DNA of 64,000 nucleotides from a phage, in the sequence record OZ346151.1; one strand, given 5' to 3'. Below, in pieces: positions 17,217 to 27,039 of this stretch. Below the pieces are notes generated by a model, which did no database searches, was not told where the DNA came from, and worked only from the letters and a program-made list of their open reading frames with translations. The position numbers and the translations under genes are program-made. The stretch's first letter is position 1, and every line of letters starts with the position of its first letter.

Positions 17217-17501
17217 ATGGCTATTGTTACCGCTGGCGATGTAGTAGAAATGGAAGCAAAATACTTAAAAGCGGGTATGCATATCCTACGCAACGATCTT
17301 GAACTGGTCCTGACAATGGTTGACTATAACCCAGGGCAAGATTATCCAAGTGTTGACTACTTTTTTGAGTATGTTGATGAAGAGTTGAAAGAGGATGAGG
17401 CCTATTGCGGTGAGTTCTGCAACTTCTTTTGTCCTGATGAGGTTGTAAAGGTTATCTATCAACCTGGCGTAGCTTTCCCGCTGCACGCTATCAATAAATA
17501 A
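17217..17501 (+). CDS. hypothetical protein
   Basis: 94 aa, RBS TAGGAG. Confidence 0.5.
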   Translation: MAIVTAGDVVEMEAKYLKAGMHILRNDLELVLTMVDYNPGQDYPSVDYFFEYVDEELKEDEAYCGEFCNFFCPDEVVKVIYQPGVAFPLHAINK

Positions 17502-17505
17502 ACCT

Positions 17506-17530
17506 GGCGGGGGCCTTTTCGGCCCCCGCC
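17506..17530 (+). terminator. strong GC hairpin (terminator-like; no U-tract)
   Basis: GGCGGGGGCC-TTTTC-GGCCCCCGCC, perfect 10-bp stem right after stop codon. Confidence 0.45.
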
Positions 17531-17564
17531 TGAAATTATGAAAAATAAAAAGAGGCAAACTATC

Positions 17565-17798
17565 ATGATGGAACAAATTAAACGCGCTGAGGCTATTAAT
17601 GGCAATGTAATCTATTTTGTCAGCAAAAACGAAAAAGGCGTACCCTATGCGGCGGTAATAGTACAGCCTGACGGCGATTATTGGTGCACTGTGTACGGCG
17701 CTTATTCTTTTGGGCGTCCAGTGCATGATAAAATTTTGAAAGTAGCGAACCCTACCGGGAAAAATATTACAGCAGAAAAATTTTTTGAAAAAAGTTGA
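17565..17798 (+). CDS. hypothetical protein
   Basis: ORF track 17538..17798; ATG 17565 after AAGAGG. Confidence 0.45.
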   Translation: MMEQIKRAEAINGNVIYFVSKNEKGVPYAAVIVQPDGDYWCTVYGAYSFGRPVHDKILKVANPTGKNITAEKFFEKS

Positions 17799-17822
17799 CA
17801 TGACCATATAAAACTGTAGTAT
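17795..17822 (+). promoter_or_regulatory. sigma70 promoter (TTGACA-N16-TAGTAT)
   Basis: TTGACA 17795-17800; leader hairpin GGGGC-AACAA-GCCCC 17834-17848. Confidence 0.5.
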
Positions 17823-17874
17823 ATAAATCAAAGGGGGCAACAAGCCCCACCAACCACAAAGAGGATAAAAAATC

Positions 17875-18054
17875 ATGGCTATTATTGCAAAGACCGAGAT
17901 CGTAGGCTTAGATTCTATTCTCCTCGCATATGAGGAAGCTATAGAAATGTATGTGGTTTCCTATGGTGAGTATATCCGTGAATATGAATCTATTGATCTA
18001 GCTTTTGAATGTTATATTCGCCAGGTTAATAAAGCGTACGATGATTATCGTTAA
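17875..18054 (+). CDS. small protein (59 aa), below ORF-track threshold
   Basis: ATG 17875 preceded by AGAGGA; MAIIAKTEIVGLDSILLAYEEAIEMYVVSYGEYIREYESIDLAFECYIRQVNKAYDDYR. Confidence 0.45.
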   Translation: MAIIAKTEIVGLDSILLAYEEAIEMYVVSYGEYIREYESIDLAFECYIRQVNKAYDDYR

Positions 18055-18145
18055 AATAGTTTGACAACAAACAACCATCTAACAAAGCATAATACATAAG
18101 GTGGTAGAATGATCCGCCACCCGGAACAAAGAAGAGGTAAACACC

Positions 18146-18391
18146 ATGAAAAGCAATAAAGGTTATAACGGTTACAAAAACAAAACTCATTGGAATGTAA
18201 GCCTTTGGATTAATAACGATGAGTCATTGTACCGGTTGGCCCAAGGATTTATTAACGCTAATGCTAATCGTAATGATGCGGCGCGGGATATGATGCTTTT
18301 TCTGGAGCTAACCGGACAAGATAAGACCCCGGACGGCTTCAAGTACAGCACTACGGCGATCCGTGCCGCGATGGTTGGAATGAAACACTAA
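18146..18391 (+). CDS. hypothetical protein
   Basis: 81 aa, RBS AAGAGG; last gene of rightward array. Confidence 0.5.
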   Translation: MKSNKGYNGYKNKTHWNVSLWINNDESLYRLAQGFINANANRNDAARDMMLFLELTGQDKTPDGFKYSTTAIRAAMVGMKH

Positions 18392-19524
18392 AAGCACATA
18401 GCCGCCAGATCTCAGAATTTACGTACGCTCACCAGTCTATAGCCTGCTAAGTATTTATTCCAACCATAGAATAACGGAATAGTCAATACCTGCATAAAAT
18501 AATTATTCGTGTAAACTGCATAACATAAATCGGCTAGGATGTCAACATTTTTCGTAAACAGCTCGAAATTATAACGGTGAGTTATAATAAACAGAGAAAT
18601 CTTTAGTCGTCTAATGTTTACTGTACATTACTATACTGACTGGAATCATTAGATGACTAAGAGAAAGATAAGAAATCATTAACAATGCAATTGTTTTATT
18701 CGTAACAATAAGGCAACTATGCAAACGGATGGCATGGCGCGACGGAGTCGCGACATAATATAAAAGCAGTAACCATCACCCCCGTGATAGTTTGTCTGCA
18801 AACTATTAATCAGATCATAGTTGCCTTGTATTTAGTTAATCATGACATAACAAGCAAGGCAACTATAGATCTGCTAATAGTTGCCCTGCTTTTATATTAT
18901 GTCATAGATTATTAGCCTGTTAATTGTTAGTCAGTCAAATCAACAACGTTATCATTTCAGTCTTTATTGTTGTTGATCGTTATTGTTATCATGCAAACGA
19001 ATGGCATGGCTTATCATTTTTGAGTAAACAATCTATACGTGAACAGTGAGGCATGCAATAGTAAGGGCGGGAATAATGAGAGTGTAAACTGTCAAGGGTA
19101 ATGTCAATTATATCAATCGTGTCAGTTATGTCACCATTATGTCAGCAGAGTTTTTCTCCTCTTTGTCAAGTGCTGCATGCCCACACAAATAGTAAGAAAT
19201 ATAATTGTTATGTGCGTAAACAGTAACTCATGTTATCAATCCCTGTATGTATCGCCAGTGGTGCGCATAATGGGTATTATGTTAAATTGCCCGTAATGAT
19301 AATGGTTCTCACAATGATAGGTATTCTCATTCCCCCACACAAAATAGATTGCAAATGTTGTGCCACTATGTGAACGGCCTCACCTATTAATTTGCCTCAC
19401 TGCCTCGATATTTGAGAATTATCATAAGAATGAGAAGTATTCCCATTTCGTCCGCCTGGCAGCACTCCAGTCGCTACGGCTCAGAACAGGGCAGAATTGT
19501 GTCCATTCAGATATTTCTGTCTGG

Positions 19525-20732
19525 CTCTTCAGGTCTGTGTGGGAAAAGTCCACCTCTCTGGCGGGGCATGGGGTCATGACGGGAAAATTGCAGGTCAATT
19601 AAAAAATTTACGTGGTGTATGAAGCGCTCTTCAGGTAAGGCATGTATTATGGGATGAAACCCTCTTCAGGCAATGATATTTGTGGGTGTGATATTTGCTG
19701 GAAAGCCAGATATGACGGGACTCCCGGCGGGGCAGGGGTAGTACAGACAGGGGAAATATGGAGGATGTGGTTAGGTGAATTGATCAGACAGGTAGAGTAT
19801 GGAATATGTTACAGGTATGTTAAATAGGGCGGCTGAATATCTGTAGGATTTGTGTGTAAAATCAAAGACTTAAGTGGTGTTGTGGTATTTTCTATAAATA
19901 ATTCAAGTTTAATAGGTAATATTTGTCTCTATTCGCTTTGTGTGGTAAACAGATTCAGATGAGATTGGTTTACAAGCGTATACATAATATACAAATTAAA
20001 GATACAAGAAACCCCCCTCCCCCTTCGGCTACCATTCACCTTTTCCTCTGACTGGTACTTAAACACTTATTCAGACTCTTCAGGTTATCACCCATATATC
20101 ATATGGCAGTGACTGGTGTCCTCCGGCCCCTCTTTCGTCACCCGTCCGCTTCGCCATGCTAATGCCATAGCCAATGGTTCGGTTGTTCACCCTGTTCACT
20201 CAGGTGTATCTCCATACCCCTTCAAAACGAAGAGAACAGAAAACCCGAATTACTCGGTAAAAGAAAAGAGAAGAACTTAATTTTATCAGGATAGGCAAGA
20301 ATGTCAAGGCATGACTGCTCACTAAACAAGCAAACAGTCATGTGTGGGAGGTAAGTGATTGTGGTGGTAGGAAATTTAGTTGAAAGATGTGTTATAGGTG
20401 CTTCCAGCACTTTAGCCGGGCAGCTAATTGTGTGTCAGTCCAGCGGTTCATCCTCTACTTCACTGAAATCAATGTTCATGGTCTCTTCCCAACCATCGAT
20501 CTCAGCACAAGAGTGGAGTTCTTTAGGGTTTACTCCTAAAGCCTCAGCAACAGAGTCTATATTTAACACCTCTGGCAGGTATGATTCATCAAATTCAAGG
20601 TAAATCAGGCCACGAGTGTTGTCAGCTCCACCAAATATTTCTATCTTCATAAAATCTCCTCTGGAAATGAGAGTGTGAACAGGGTTTTATACGTCCCAAT
20701 GCACAGGAATTATGCACGTTTTCCTCTTCAGG
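19525..20732 (+). repeat. Five dispersed copies of the 9-mer CTCTTCAGG in a noncoding region
   Basis: Copies at 19525-19533, 19627-19635, 19662-19670, 20076-20084, 20724-20732, all same strand. Confidence 0.5.
20435..20650 (-). CDS. hypothetical protein
   Basis: 71 aa; last ORF of leftward array. Confidence 0.4.
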   Translation of the reverse strand: MKIEIFGGADNTRGLIYLEFDESYLPEVLNIDSVAEALGVNPKELHSCAEIDGWEETMNIDFSEVEDEPLD

Positions 20733-20771
20733 CCATGCTTTAGCATGAGGAACCTGTGTGGGCTCGGTGCT

Positions 20772-20984
20772 TCATAGTCTACCACCTCTGAACTCTTCGT
20801 GCTCAGGCATAATAGAGAACCAGATATCTACGATGTCCTCCCACGTCAGGTCATCAGCCTCAGGATCTGTCTGGGACGAAGATGAAGAGTCCTCAGAATC
20901 TAAGTTTTCCTCTTTAACTGGCTCATCCAAGGGACATATGGTCACTCCTTCGGATGTCTCTTCAGATGCATGTGTGTTGATCAT
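20772..20984 (-). CDS. hypothetical acidic protein
   Basis: 70 aa ORF. Confidence 0.35.
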   Translation of the reverse strand: MINTHASEETSEGVTICPLDEPVKEENLDSEDSSSSSQTDPEADDLTWEDIVDIWFSIMPEHEEFRGGRL

Positions 20985-21344
20985 GTTCCACCCGTGAGTA
21001 TTCCGGCAACAGCTGCTATGGACGTAATGATCATCAGGATCACCACTAAAACTTCGGACAATGTTCTCATTGTGTACTCCATATTCTACAAACTATGTGT
21101 GGATACTATCACTGGATCGGTAATGTGTCAACAGAAACGCCGCGAGGGTTTGGTTAAAATCCGAGCGTATGGTGATTTGGGTCAAAACGGACGTGCGTTC
21201 TCGCTACGCTCGAAAGAGAGATTTGTTTGTAGGAAGCTCTTAAACGCTCTGTAATGAGATTATCTGTCCAAGGTATGCAATCGTGCACCAGATAAAGAAA
21301 AGGACGCCACAGAGCGTCCTAGGTGTCTTAAATTTGATATTTTG

Positions 21345-21656
21345 CTATACCCATGAGGGCTTATCAAGGTTGGAGTAGCTGAAAGGTGTCAAAAGGTGAC
21401 TGTCAAAATCTCTCAAACTATCTAAATCTTTTTCCTCGTCCTGACACCATCTGTGCCTACATTTATTGTTGTAGTGCATAGAATGCATAGCGTTCTGCAA
21501 CTTAACAGGTACAAGTGATTCAGGAGTAGATAGTATTGTTGGGTATGCCAGAATCACCTCAAACAGTGGAAACACATCGAAACTAAAGTCTACCTCTGCA
21601 GAGGTTGATGGCATATAGGAGTATTTAGCCGCCTTTGTAGACATAATCCACCTCAC
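21345..21656 (-). CDS. hypothetical protein
   Basis: 103 aa ORF. Confidence 0.4.
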   Translation of the reverse strand: MRWIMSTKAAKYSYMPSTSAEVDFSFDVFPLFEVILAYPTILSTPESLVPVKLQNAMHSMHYNNKCRHRWCQDEEKDLDSLRDFDSHLLTPFSYSNLDKPSWV

Positions 21657-21979
21657 ACAGGTTTGATAATACCTTTACCGAATAATTCTTCGTATCTAAT
21701 CTTATCCGGATCCCACTCTTGGATAATTTCGAAGACAATATCCAACCCAGGGATAATCACTTCTCCAGTGTCAAGTTTGGCAAGAACAAAACCAGAAGGC
21801 TGAATGGTTTCCCAGTTGCGCCGATTGGAATAGAAGACCTCGAAAATATCGCCGACCTTTATCTGTTGATCAAGATGTTCAAGATTCTCTTTCATATAGA
21901 CGCAGCGGATTTTTCGTGCAGGCCATAGACCACCTGCATCACGTTCATTTAGCTCTTTTACAGTAATCGGTATACCCAT
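21653..21979 (-). CDS. hypothetical protein
   Basis: 108 aa, coupled to downstream ORF. Confidence 0.45.
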   Translation of the reverse strand: MGIPITVKELNERDAGGLWPARKIRCVYMKENLEHLDQQIKVGDIFEVFYSNRRNWETIQPSGFVLAKLDTGEVIIPGLDIVFEIIQEWDPDKIRYEELFGKGIIKPV

Positions 21980-22034
21980 CTCAAATCTCCTTCATAGATA
22001 GTAAAAAGAGGGGCCCAAGCCCCCCTCTTTGTCA

Positions 22035-22340
22035 TCATTCTACAGAGCGTTTGAACAGAATGTCTGCCTCAGACATGTGCTCAACCTCTTCTTCGATTTT
22101 AGCGCGACGTTTTTCAGCCTCATAGCGAATATCGAACTCGGTAGCCACCAGAGATTTGATGAATTTAGGAGAATACAGGTGATCCTGCTTCTCAACGAGA
22201 ATGATATCCTTAATGGCATCTTTCAGATCTTTAATCTGAAGTTGGAGTTCTACCAGTTCTTCGATTGTTTTGCGAAGGCGATCACGCTCTGCAGTGTCAG
22301 AAGGAAGAGAGGTGAACAGTTCAACTTTAGATTTAGCCAT
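22035..22340 (-). CDS. hypothetical coiled-coil protein
   Basis: 101 aa ORF. Confidence 0.45.
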   Translation of the reverse strand: MAKSKVELFTSLPSDTAERDRLRKTIEELVELQLQIKDLKDAIKDIILVEKQDHLYSPKFIKSLVATEFDIRYEAEKRRAKIEEEVEHMSEADILFKRSVE

Positions 22341-22368
22341 AGTAAGAGTCTCCTTATGTTGTTTTAAA

Positions 22369-22686
22369 TTAACGTTCTACAAAAATACCGTTCAGTTCAA
22401 TAACCAGGAATTTCTGGTCTTCACTATCGTCTCGTGCCAGCACCTCACAGACGTATCGGTCATCCCCATCATCATCGCAGTCAAATACAAGACTGAGGAC
22501 TTTATCATGGTAAACCTTCGCCACTACCGCCTCGTAAGTATTGCCGATTGTGAATCCAAGATAATCTCCGATGCATTTGACAACAACATGGTCTCCAGCA
22601 TTTAAGTCAATCTTCGTCATTACTGCGCTCCTTGGGTAATAATACTGTATGTAAAACTTTAACCAGAGATGTGAATAACGCCCCAA
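22369..22686 (-). CDS. hypothetical protein
   Basis: 105 aa ORF. Confidence 0.45.
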   Translation of the reverse strand: MGRYSHLWLKFYIQYYYPRSAVMTKIDLNAGDHVVVKCIGDYLGFTIGNTYEAVVAKVYHDKVLSLVFDCDDDGDDRYVCEVLARDDSEDQKFLVIELNGIFVER

Positions 22687-22775
22687 AACACACCGATAGC
22701 GCTAAAACAGACAAGGCCATCATTAAAGCTTCAGTAAAATCAGTCATTCCTCACCTCTTGTTAGCCACTATACTA

Positions 22776-23039
22776 TCATTTATCCTTTTCGTCAAGAACT
22801 TTTTTAAATCTTTCAGGGATATCTCCCGTTCTTAGATAGTTCATGACCTCGCAAGGTTCCCACTTGAATTTCTTACAGAGCAGGGCGGCTGAGATTGTTT
22901 CATTGCGAAAAGAAAGGATATTAATATCCCACTCTGAGAACCCCAACTTCCGAAGGGTAGCTACAGAAATCCTCACCGCAACCCAGCAGCAAAAACATGC
23001 AACAAACGCCACTGCTACAACCCACATCAGGATGTTCAT
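22776..23039 (-). CDS. hypothetical membrane protein
   Basis: 87 aa, N-terminal TM. Confidence 0.45.
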   Translation of the reverse strand: MNILMWVVAVAFVACFCCWVAVRISVATLRKLGFSEWDINILSFRNETISAALLCKKFKWEPCEVMNYLRTGDIPERFKKVLDEKDK

Positions 23040-23128
23040 ATAAGCACCTTACTGAAATACAAGACACAGTGTTAAGGTTACTGACCAGCAAATAATTAGC
23101 AGGACCATTGCAACCTTGGCAAGATTTA

Positions 23129-23416
23129 TCATAGTGCCTCTAAGATTTCATATCCTTCAGGTCGAAATACAAGCCACTCCGTGGCTCCGTTTGGTCGATA
23201 CGCTTTATACAGAACAACCTGATCTCGGCACATGCACATGGCTACATAGTTTTCATCCACACCTGCAGCCTGCATTGCATCTTCTTCTCCGGCAACTGCT
23301 TTGCTTACAACTTCCTTGGTAGGTAGGTGTGCGATCAGCTCGTCACCATCATTAATTCCAAAATGACTGAGTTCTCCATTGGTATCTTTAATCTTAATCT
23401 TAACCAGATCTTTCAT
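23129..23416 (-). CDS. hypothetical small protein
   Basis: 95 aa, begins MKDLVKIKIK. Confidence 0.45.
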   Translation of the reverse strand: MKDLVKIKIKDTNGELSHFGINDGDELIAHLPTKEVVSKAVAGEEDAMQAAGVDENYVAMCMCRDQVVLYKAYRPNGATEWLVFRPEGYEILEAL

Positions 23417-23745
23417 TAGTCTTTCTCCAGGTTCAAAGGTCCTAAGATTTCATATGCCAGATTAGAAGTTACCAGAGGGTCTTCTGCATCTTTAGTATTG
23501 TACCACCCGTGAATAACCAGAGTCCCACTTTGTTTCATATCCAACTGGAACTGTTCTGCAGTTTCCTCATCCAGCTCCAAGATTTCCATAAGGTATTTGA
23601 TGTTAGGAAGGTATGCAGCTGTTACAGTTCCCTCCACCAAACCTTCGGGCCAACCTACATCCGGATGACAAGTAGGAACCAGGTTGGTCAACTTAATGGT
23701 GTACGCTTTTTCTGCACGAGCCTTCAGTAACGGGTCAATCTTCAT
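23416..23745 (-). CDS. hypothetical protein
   Basis: 109 aa, coupled. Confidence 0.45.
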   Translation of the reverse strand: MKIDPLLKARAEKAYTIKLTNLVPTCHPDVGWPEGLVEGTVTAAYLPNIKYLMEILELDEETAEQFQLDMKQSGTLVIHGWYNTKDAEDPLVTSNLAYEILGPLNLEKD

Positions 23746-24095
23746 TATTCGTCCTCCTCTTCGGTGCCTGCTTCCAGTAATAAGTTAAGAATATCTTCTG
23801 CACAAGGCTCATAGAACTCTTGGCCTTCATTATCGATGATTTTGTAGTCATCTCCACGAATAATCAGGGGATCACTCTCAAAATTATCGAGACCTTTAAC
23901 AACGACAACACGATCGATTGCCATCATTGTAAGAACTTTATCGACATCTTCCTCTGCTACACCATACTGCAGCAGAATGTCTTTGGTAGGAGGAACAGCA
24001 TCCACCACAACGCCGTTACCAAAACCTTCTGGAAGTTTAGCTAAAATATCTTCCGGAACCACATTCACATCAAAACCGGTAATTTCTACTTTCAT
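23745..24095 (-). CDS. hypothetical small protein (MK-V/I-EITG start family)
   Basis: 116 aa, begins MKVEITGFDVN. Confidence 0.45.
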   Translation of the reverse strand: MKVEITGFDVNVVPEDILAKLPEGFGNGVVVDAVPPTKDILLQYGVAEEDVDKVLTMMAIDRVVVVKGLDNFESDPLIIRGDDYKIIDNEGQEFYEPCAEDILNLLLEAGTEEEDE

Positions 24096-24356
24096 TTACA
24101 GCACCTCTTCGTCAACTACTTCATAAAAATGGCCTGGGATTGCAATAGCGTTCTCACCTTCACCTGCAAACACAGTTCCGTCAAGAATCAACATCATAAG
24201 AATTTCTGTAATATCCTCTTCCGGAACGTTGCCAAAACCTTTAATCAGCTCGTAGGTTGGAATATTTACATCTAAGATGTCACCATCTTTAGAACGGAAA
24301 TCAACACCGTCCTGAATCTCTGCCGTTTCAAGGTTTTTCAATTTAATCTTCATCAA
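24096..24356 (-). CDS. hypothetical small protein
   Basis: 86 aa, begins MMKIKLKNLE. Confidence 0.45.
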   Translation of the reverse strand: MMKIKLKNLETAEIQDGVDFRSKDGDILDVNIPTYELIKGFGNVPEEDITEILMMLILDGTVFAGEGENAIAIPGHFYEVVDEEVL

Positions 24357-24432
24357 TCGGTCTCCTGTCTTGTTAAGATGAAGGTATTATTTCACACAGG
24401 GTTGGCGTTGTCAACACCTGTGTGCAAGAAAA

Positions 24433-24828
24433 TTACTGAAACAGTGCGGATAAATTACCTTCTGGTGGGAACTTATCTGCCAAAAACGGTGTTAGCACAG
24501 TAGCCTTCTGAAGATCTGGGGTCCACTCGTTGTTCAGAACATCCCAGTAGTACGCAATGTTGCTGTGTGGGTGCCGCATTACGAACTTTTTCCCTTCGTA
24601 GTCGTCTGAAACCTCTACAGAAGAAATAACAACAGAATCTTCAAGGGTTTCTTCATAGAAAGATCCCCCTTCAAATTTCCAACGAGATGCAAGAGCCCCT
24701 GCCTTGAACGCTGCAGATAACGGACTGTCGGCAAGAACATACATTTCTTGCACTCTGTCGCTGCGATCTTTGCTTCTTACGTTGTATACAGTATCTGAGC
24801 TATACTCAACACGGTATAGGCTTACCAT
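24433..24828 (-). CDS. hypothetical protein (paralog of 26640..27038)
   Basis: Shared block HP-S---YW----WTP with 26640..27038. Confidence 0.5.
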   Translation of the reverse strand: MVSLYRVEYSSDTVYNVRSKDRSDRVQEMYVLADSPLSAAFKAGALASRWKFEGGSFYEETLEDSVVISSVEVSDDYEGKKFVMRHPHSNIAYYWDVLNNEWTPDLQKATVLTPFLADKFPPEGNLSALFQ

Positions 24829-25160
24829 TACCGCACCTCCTCAATAACTTCCACATCTGAACCTACCACAAATGCAAAAGGACAGGTTTCATGAAAGACA
24901 TCTGGATCGCCGCCAAGCTTGCTAACAATCTCTCCACCACTAATAAACACAAGCTCACCGATATTCATCAGATTGCTGAAATAGTACCCATAATGATTAA
25001 AGAATGCAGCAGGGTCAGGTAGACTGGTAGCCTCAAGCACTACATCGGTTGAGGTTACTTTCTTATCATAACCTCTCGCCTTTTGAGATGCAAGATCTGC
25101 AGAATCCTCAGGAGACCGGAGATGCACAGGAATTGTTTCACCAATAAAGCGTACTTTCAT
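24828..25160 (-). CDS. small protein, MKVK-family paralog
   Basis: ORF track 24828..25187 starts at TTG; ATG at 25160 gives MKVRFIGE...; C-terminus VVGSDVEVIEEVR resembles 27040..27294. Confidence 0.5.
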   Translation of the reverse strand: MKVRFIGETIPVHLRSPEDSADLASQKARGYDKKVTSTDVVLEATSLPDPAAFFNHYGYYFSNLMNIGELVFISGGEIVSKLGGDPDVFHETCPFAFVVGSDVEVIEEVR

Positions 25161-25164
25161 ATTA

Positions 25165-25428
25165 TCACCCAACAACCATAGCTTCAAAAGGAGTCATGAA
25201 CGAATAAACGGCATCATCATCTGCTTCAGGGAATGCTCCCAAAGACTTCATATCTGAACCCTTGACAAATACAAGGTTTTGATCAAAGGCTTCTTGGGGG
25301 TCAATCCGATACATATTTCGTAGAATATCGCTTACCTCCTCATCAAGAGGTGAGTATGCTGTGCACGTTTTTCCGATCAAGCTTTGAGAATCAGGGTATC
25401 CACCTGAAGTTTTAAAATAAACAATCAT
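25165..25428 (-). CDS. hypothetical small protein (paralog family)
   Basis: 87 aa; block LVFVKGSDMKSLGA resembles the family. Confidence 0.45.
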   Translation of the reverse strand: MIVYFKTSGGYPDSQSLIGKTCTAYSPLDEEVSDILRNMYRIDPQEAFDQNLVFVKGSDMKSLGAFPEADDDAVYSFMTPFEAMVVG

Positions 25429-25519
25429 ATAGTATCACCTCTGGTAAGAGATTGGGATTCCTTTCCCACAAATAATTACAAATCTTCCTTATCGAGGAAG
25501 TATGCTAATCCAAGCAGGA

Positions 25520-25789
25520 TTATTCCTCTACAATCTCATACACATCAGGAGTTACAATCAACTCTTCTCCGTTACCCGGTGCAACAAACACCACCAAACC
25601 TTCAGGTGTGTGCTTTTTAGCCATCTCGATAACATCTTCTCGCAGAGCTGGCTCCATCAGATCAAAACCTTCACCCAGGGCATCACGAACCACCTTCATA
25701 TAGTCAACTGGTTGTGCTTCAACAATCATGCCTTCAACCAGTCCACAGTTTTTGTCTGCCAGCTCAGTTTTGAATAATTTAATTTTCAT
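25520..25789 (-). CDS. hypothetical small protein
   Basis: 89 aa; ends ELIVTPDVYEIVEE. Confidence 0.45.
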   Translation of the reverse strand: MKIKLFKTELADKNCGLVEGMIVEAQPVDYMKVVRDALGEGFDLMEPALREDVIEMAKKHTPEGLVVFVAPGNGEELIVTPDVYEIVEE

Positions 25790-25926
25790 TTAGAGGTCTC
25801 CTCAATTATTTGATATTAATAGCCGTAACCTAACACATTAACTACAACTGCGATTGCAAACATAATTTCAAAGCATGCAATCTCTACATTTGGGACTAAT
25901 TTCTTAATCACACCCATTGTAGCACC

Positions 25927-26247
25927 TCATTCTCCAAAGTCAATCTTTACTTTGCCTTTCCCCTTACCTTTCTTTCCACCGCATTTAGCCAGCTGACGTG
26001 CTGCAACATCTACCATACGGTCAGTTGCCTCGTAAGCATCACTGCCTTTAGCCTTGGCAATAACTTCTTTTCCAGAATTGTCAAAAATGAACGCCATAAC
26101 TTCCTGGTGATCATTTTCAACTTTTACACTTACACGTGCATAGTTAACAGAGGGATGTAAACGCTCCAGCTTGGACATTTTGCGGGAAATAAAAGATACC
26201 ATACCTTCTGTGATTTCTACATTGTTGCCAGTGATTTCAATTTGCAT
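25927..26247 (-). CDS. hpf: Ribosome hibernation promoting factor / RaiA (YfiA-HPF family) homologue
   Basis: 106 aa; N-terminus MQIEITGNNVEITEGM closely matches E. coli HPF MQLNITGNNVEITEAL (recalled from memory); RBS AAGGAA. Confidence 0.7.
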   Translation of the reverse strand: MQIEITGNNVEITEGMVSFISRKMSKLERLHPSVNYARVSVKVENDHQEVMAFIFDNSGKEVIAKAKGSDAYEATDRMVDVAARQLAKCGGKKGKGKGKVKIDFGE

Positions 26248-26331
26248 AACGTGTTCCTTTTAAGGAAGAGGGAATAACTATCTCTCTTTGAAAACAATGA
26301 TACTAAATCTGAAGCGTTGTGTCAACAGTTT

Positions 26332-26622
26332 TTACAGCTTGTTGTCGATAGTTTTTAAAATATCCACAGCAAGATCTGCCATTTTTCGAACATACTCTGC
26401 AAACTCAACAGGATCCTTGATCAAAGAATTCACAGGGTCGTACCCTAGAGCGTTTAAAATGGCTGCAGCATCTACAACCTTCTCATCATTTGCGAAGATC
26501 TCTCCGTCAAACTTGTAGGTCCATTTTGAGTCAACCTTAGCAGAGCAGGGTTTGTCCATGCTTGTTACACCATCGTCTTTAAACTCTCCTGCGTTATCAA
26601 TATTTAGAATTAAATCCATCAT
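26332..26622 (-). CDS. hypothetical protein
   Basis: 96 aa ORF. Confidence 0.45.
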   Translation of the reverse strand: MMDLILNIDNAGEFKDDGVTSMDKPCSAKVDSKWTYKFDGEIFANDEKVVDAAAILNALGYDPVNSLIKDPVEFAEYVRKMADLAVDILKTIDNKL

Positions 26623-26639
26623 GGTGACACCTCACTGTT

Positions 26640-27038
26640 TCAGTTTAGCTTTTCTTCAACAACCCCATAACTTGGGGCAGAGTCAAGAGCTTTCTGGTTT
26701 AAAAGTGGCGTAGCAGAATCTGCAAACGGTGTCCAAGTTTTTGTTCTGGAATTCCAGTAATGCTTCACTCTGGAATCTGGATGCACTATAACAAAAACTT
26801 TTTCACTTGTCAACACATTAATTTCTTCTACACCCTTGCTGATAATTTCTCCGTCATAGCCCCCAGTCTGGTATCCTTCGTACCAGGTTCTTGCATAGGC
26901 ATAGCCAGCCTGCCAGCATGCAGCCTCCTCCGAGGTGGAGACTACGTAGAAGTCTTTCTCAAATTCCGGAATACGCCCTTGCTTTACGCTCCAAGCTCCG
27001 CGAATTTTCATTGTTACTTTGAAAAGCTTGTTCTTCAT
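26640..27038 (-). CDS. hypothetical protein (paralog of 24433..24828)
   Basis: 132 aa; shared HPDSRVKHYWNSRTKTWTP block. Confidence 0.5.
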   Translation of the reverse strand: MKNKLFKVTMKIRGAWSVKQGRIPEFEKDFYVVSTSEEAACWQAGYAYARTWYEGYQTGGYDGEIISKGVEEINVLTSEKVFVIVHPDSRVKHYWNSRTKTWTPFADSATPLLNQKALDSAPSYGVVEEKLN

Positions 27039-27039
27039 A

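Noticed and set aside
19360-19827. Short plus-strand ORFs 19360..19602 and 19642..19827 in the 2-kb non-coding zone
   Set aside because: No ribosome-binding sites, implausible composition, and they are isolated in an otherwise ORF-free repeat-rich region.
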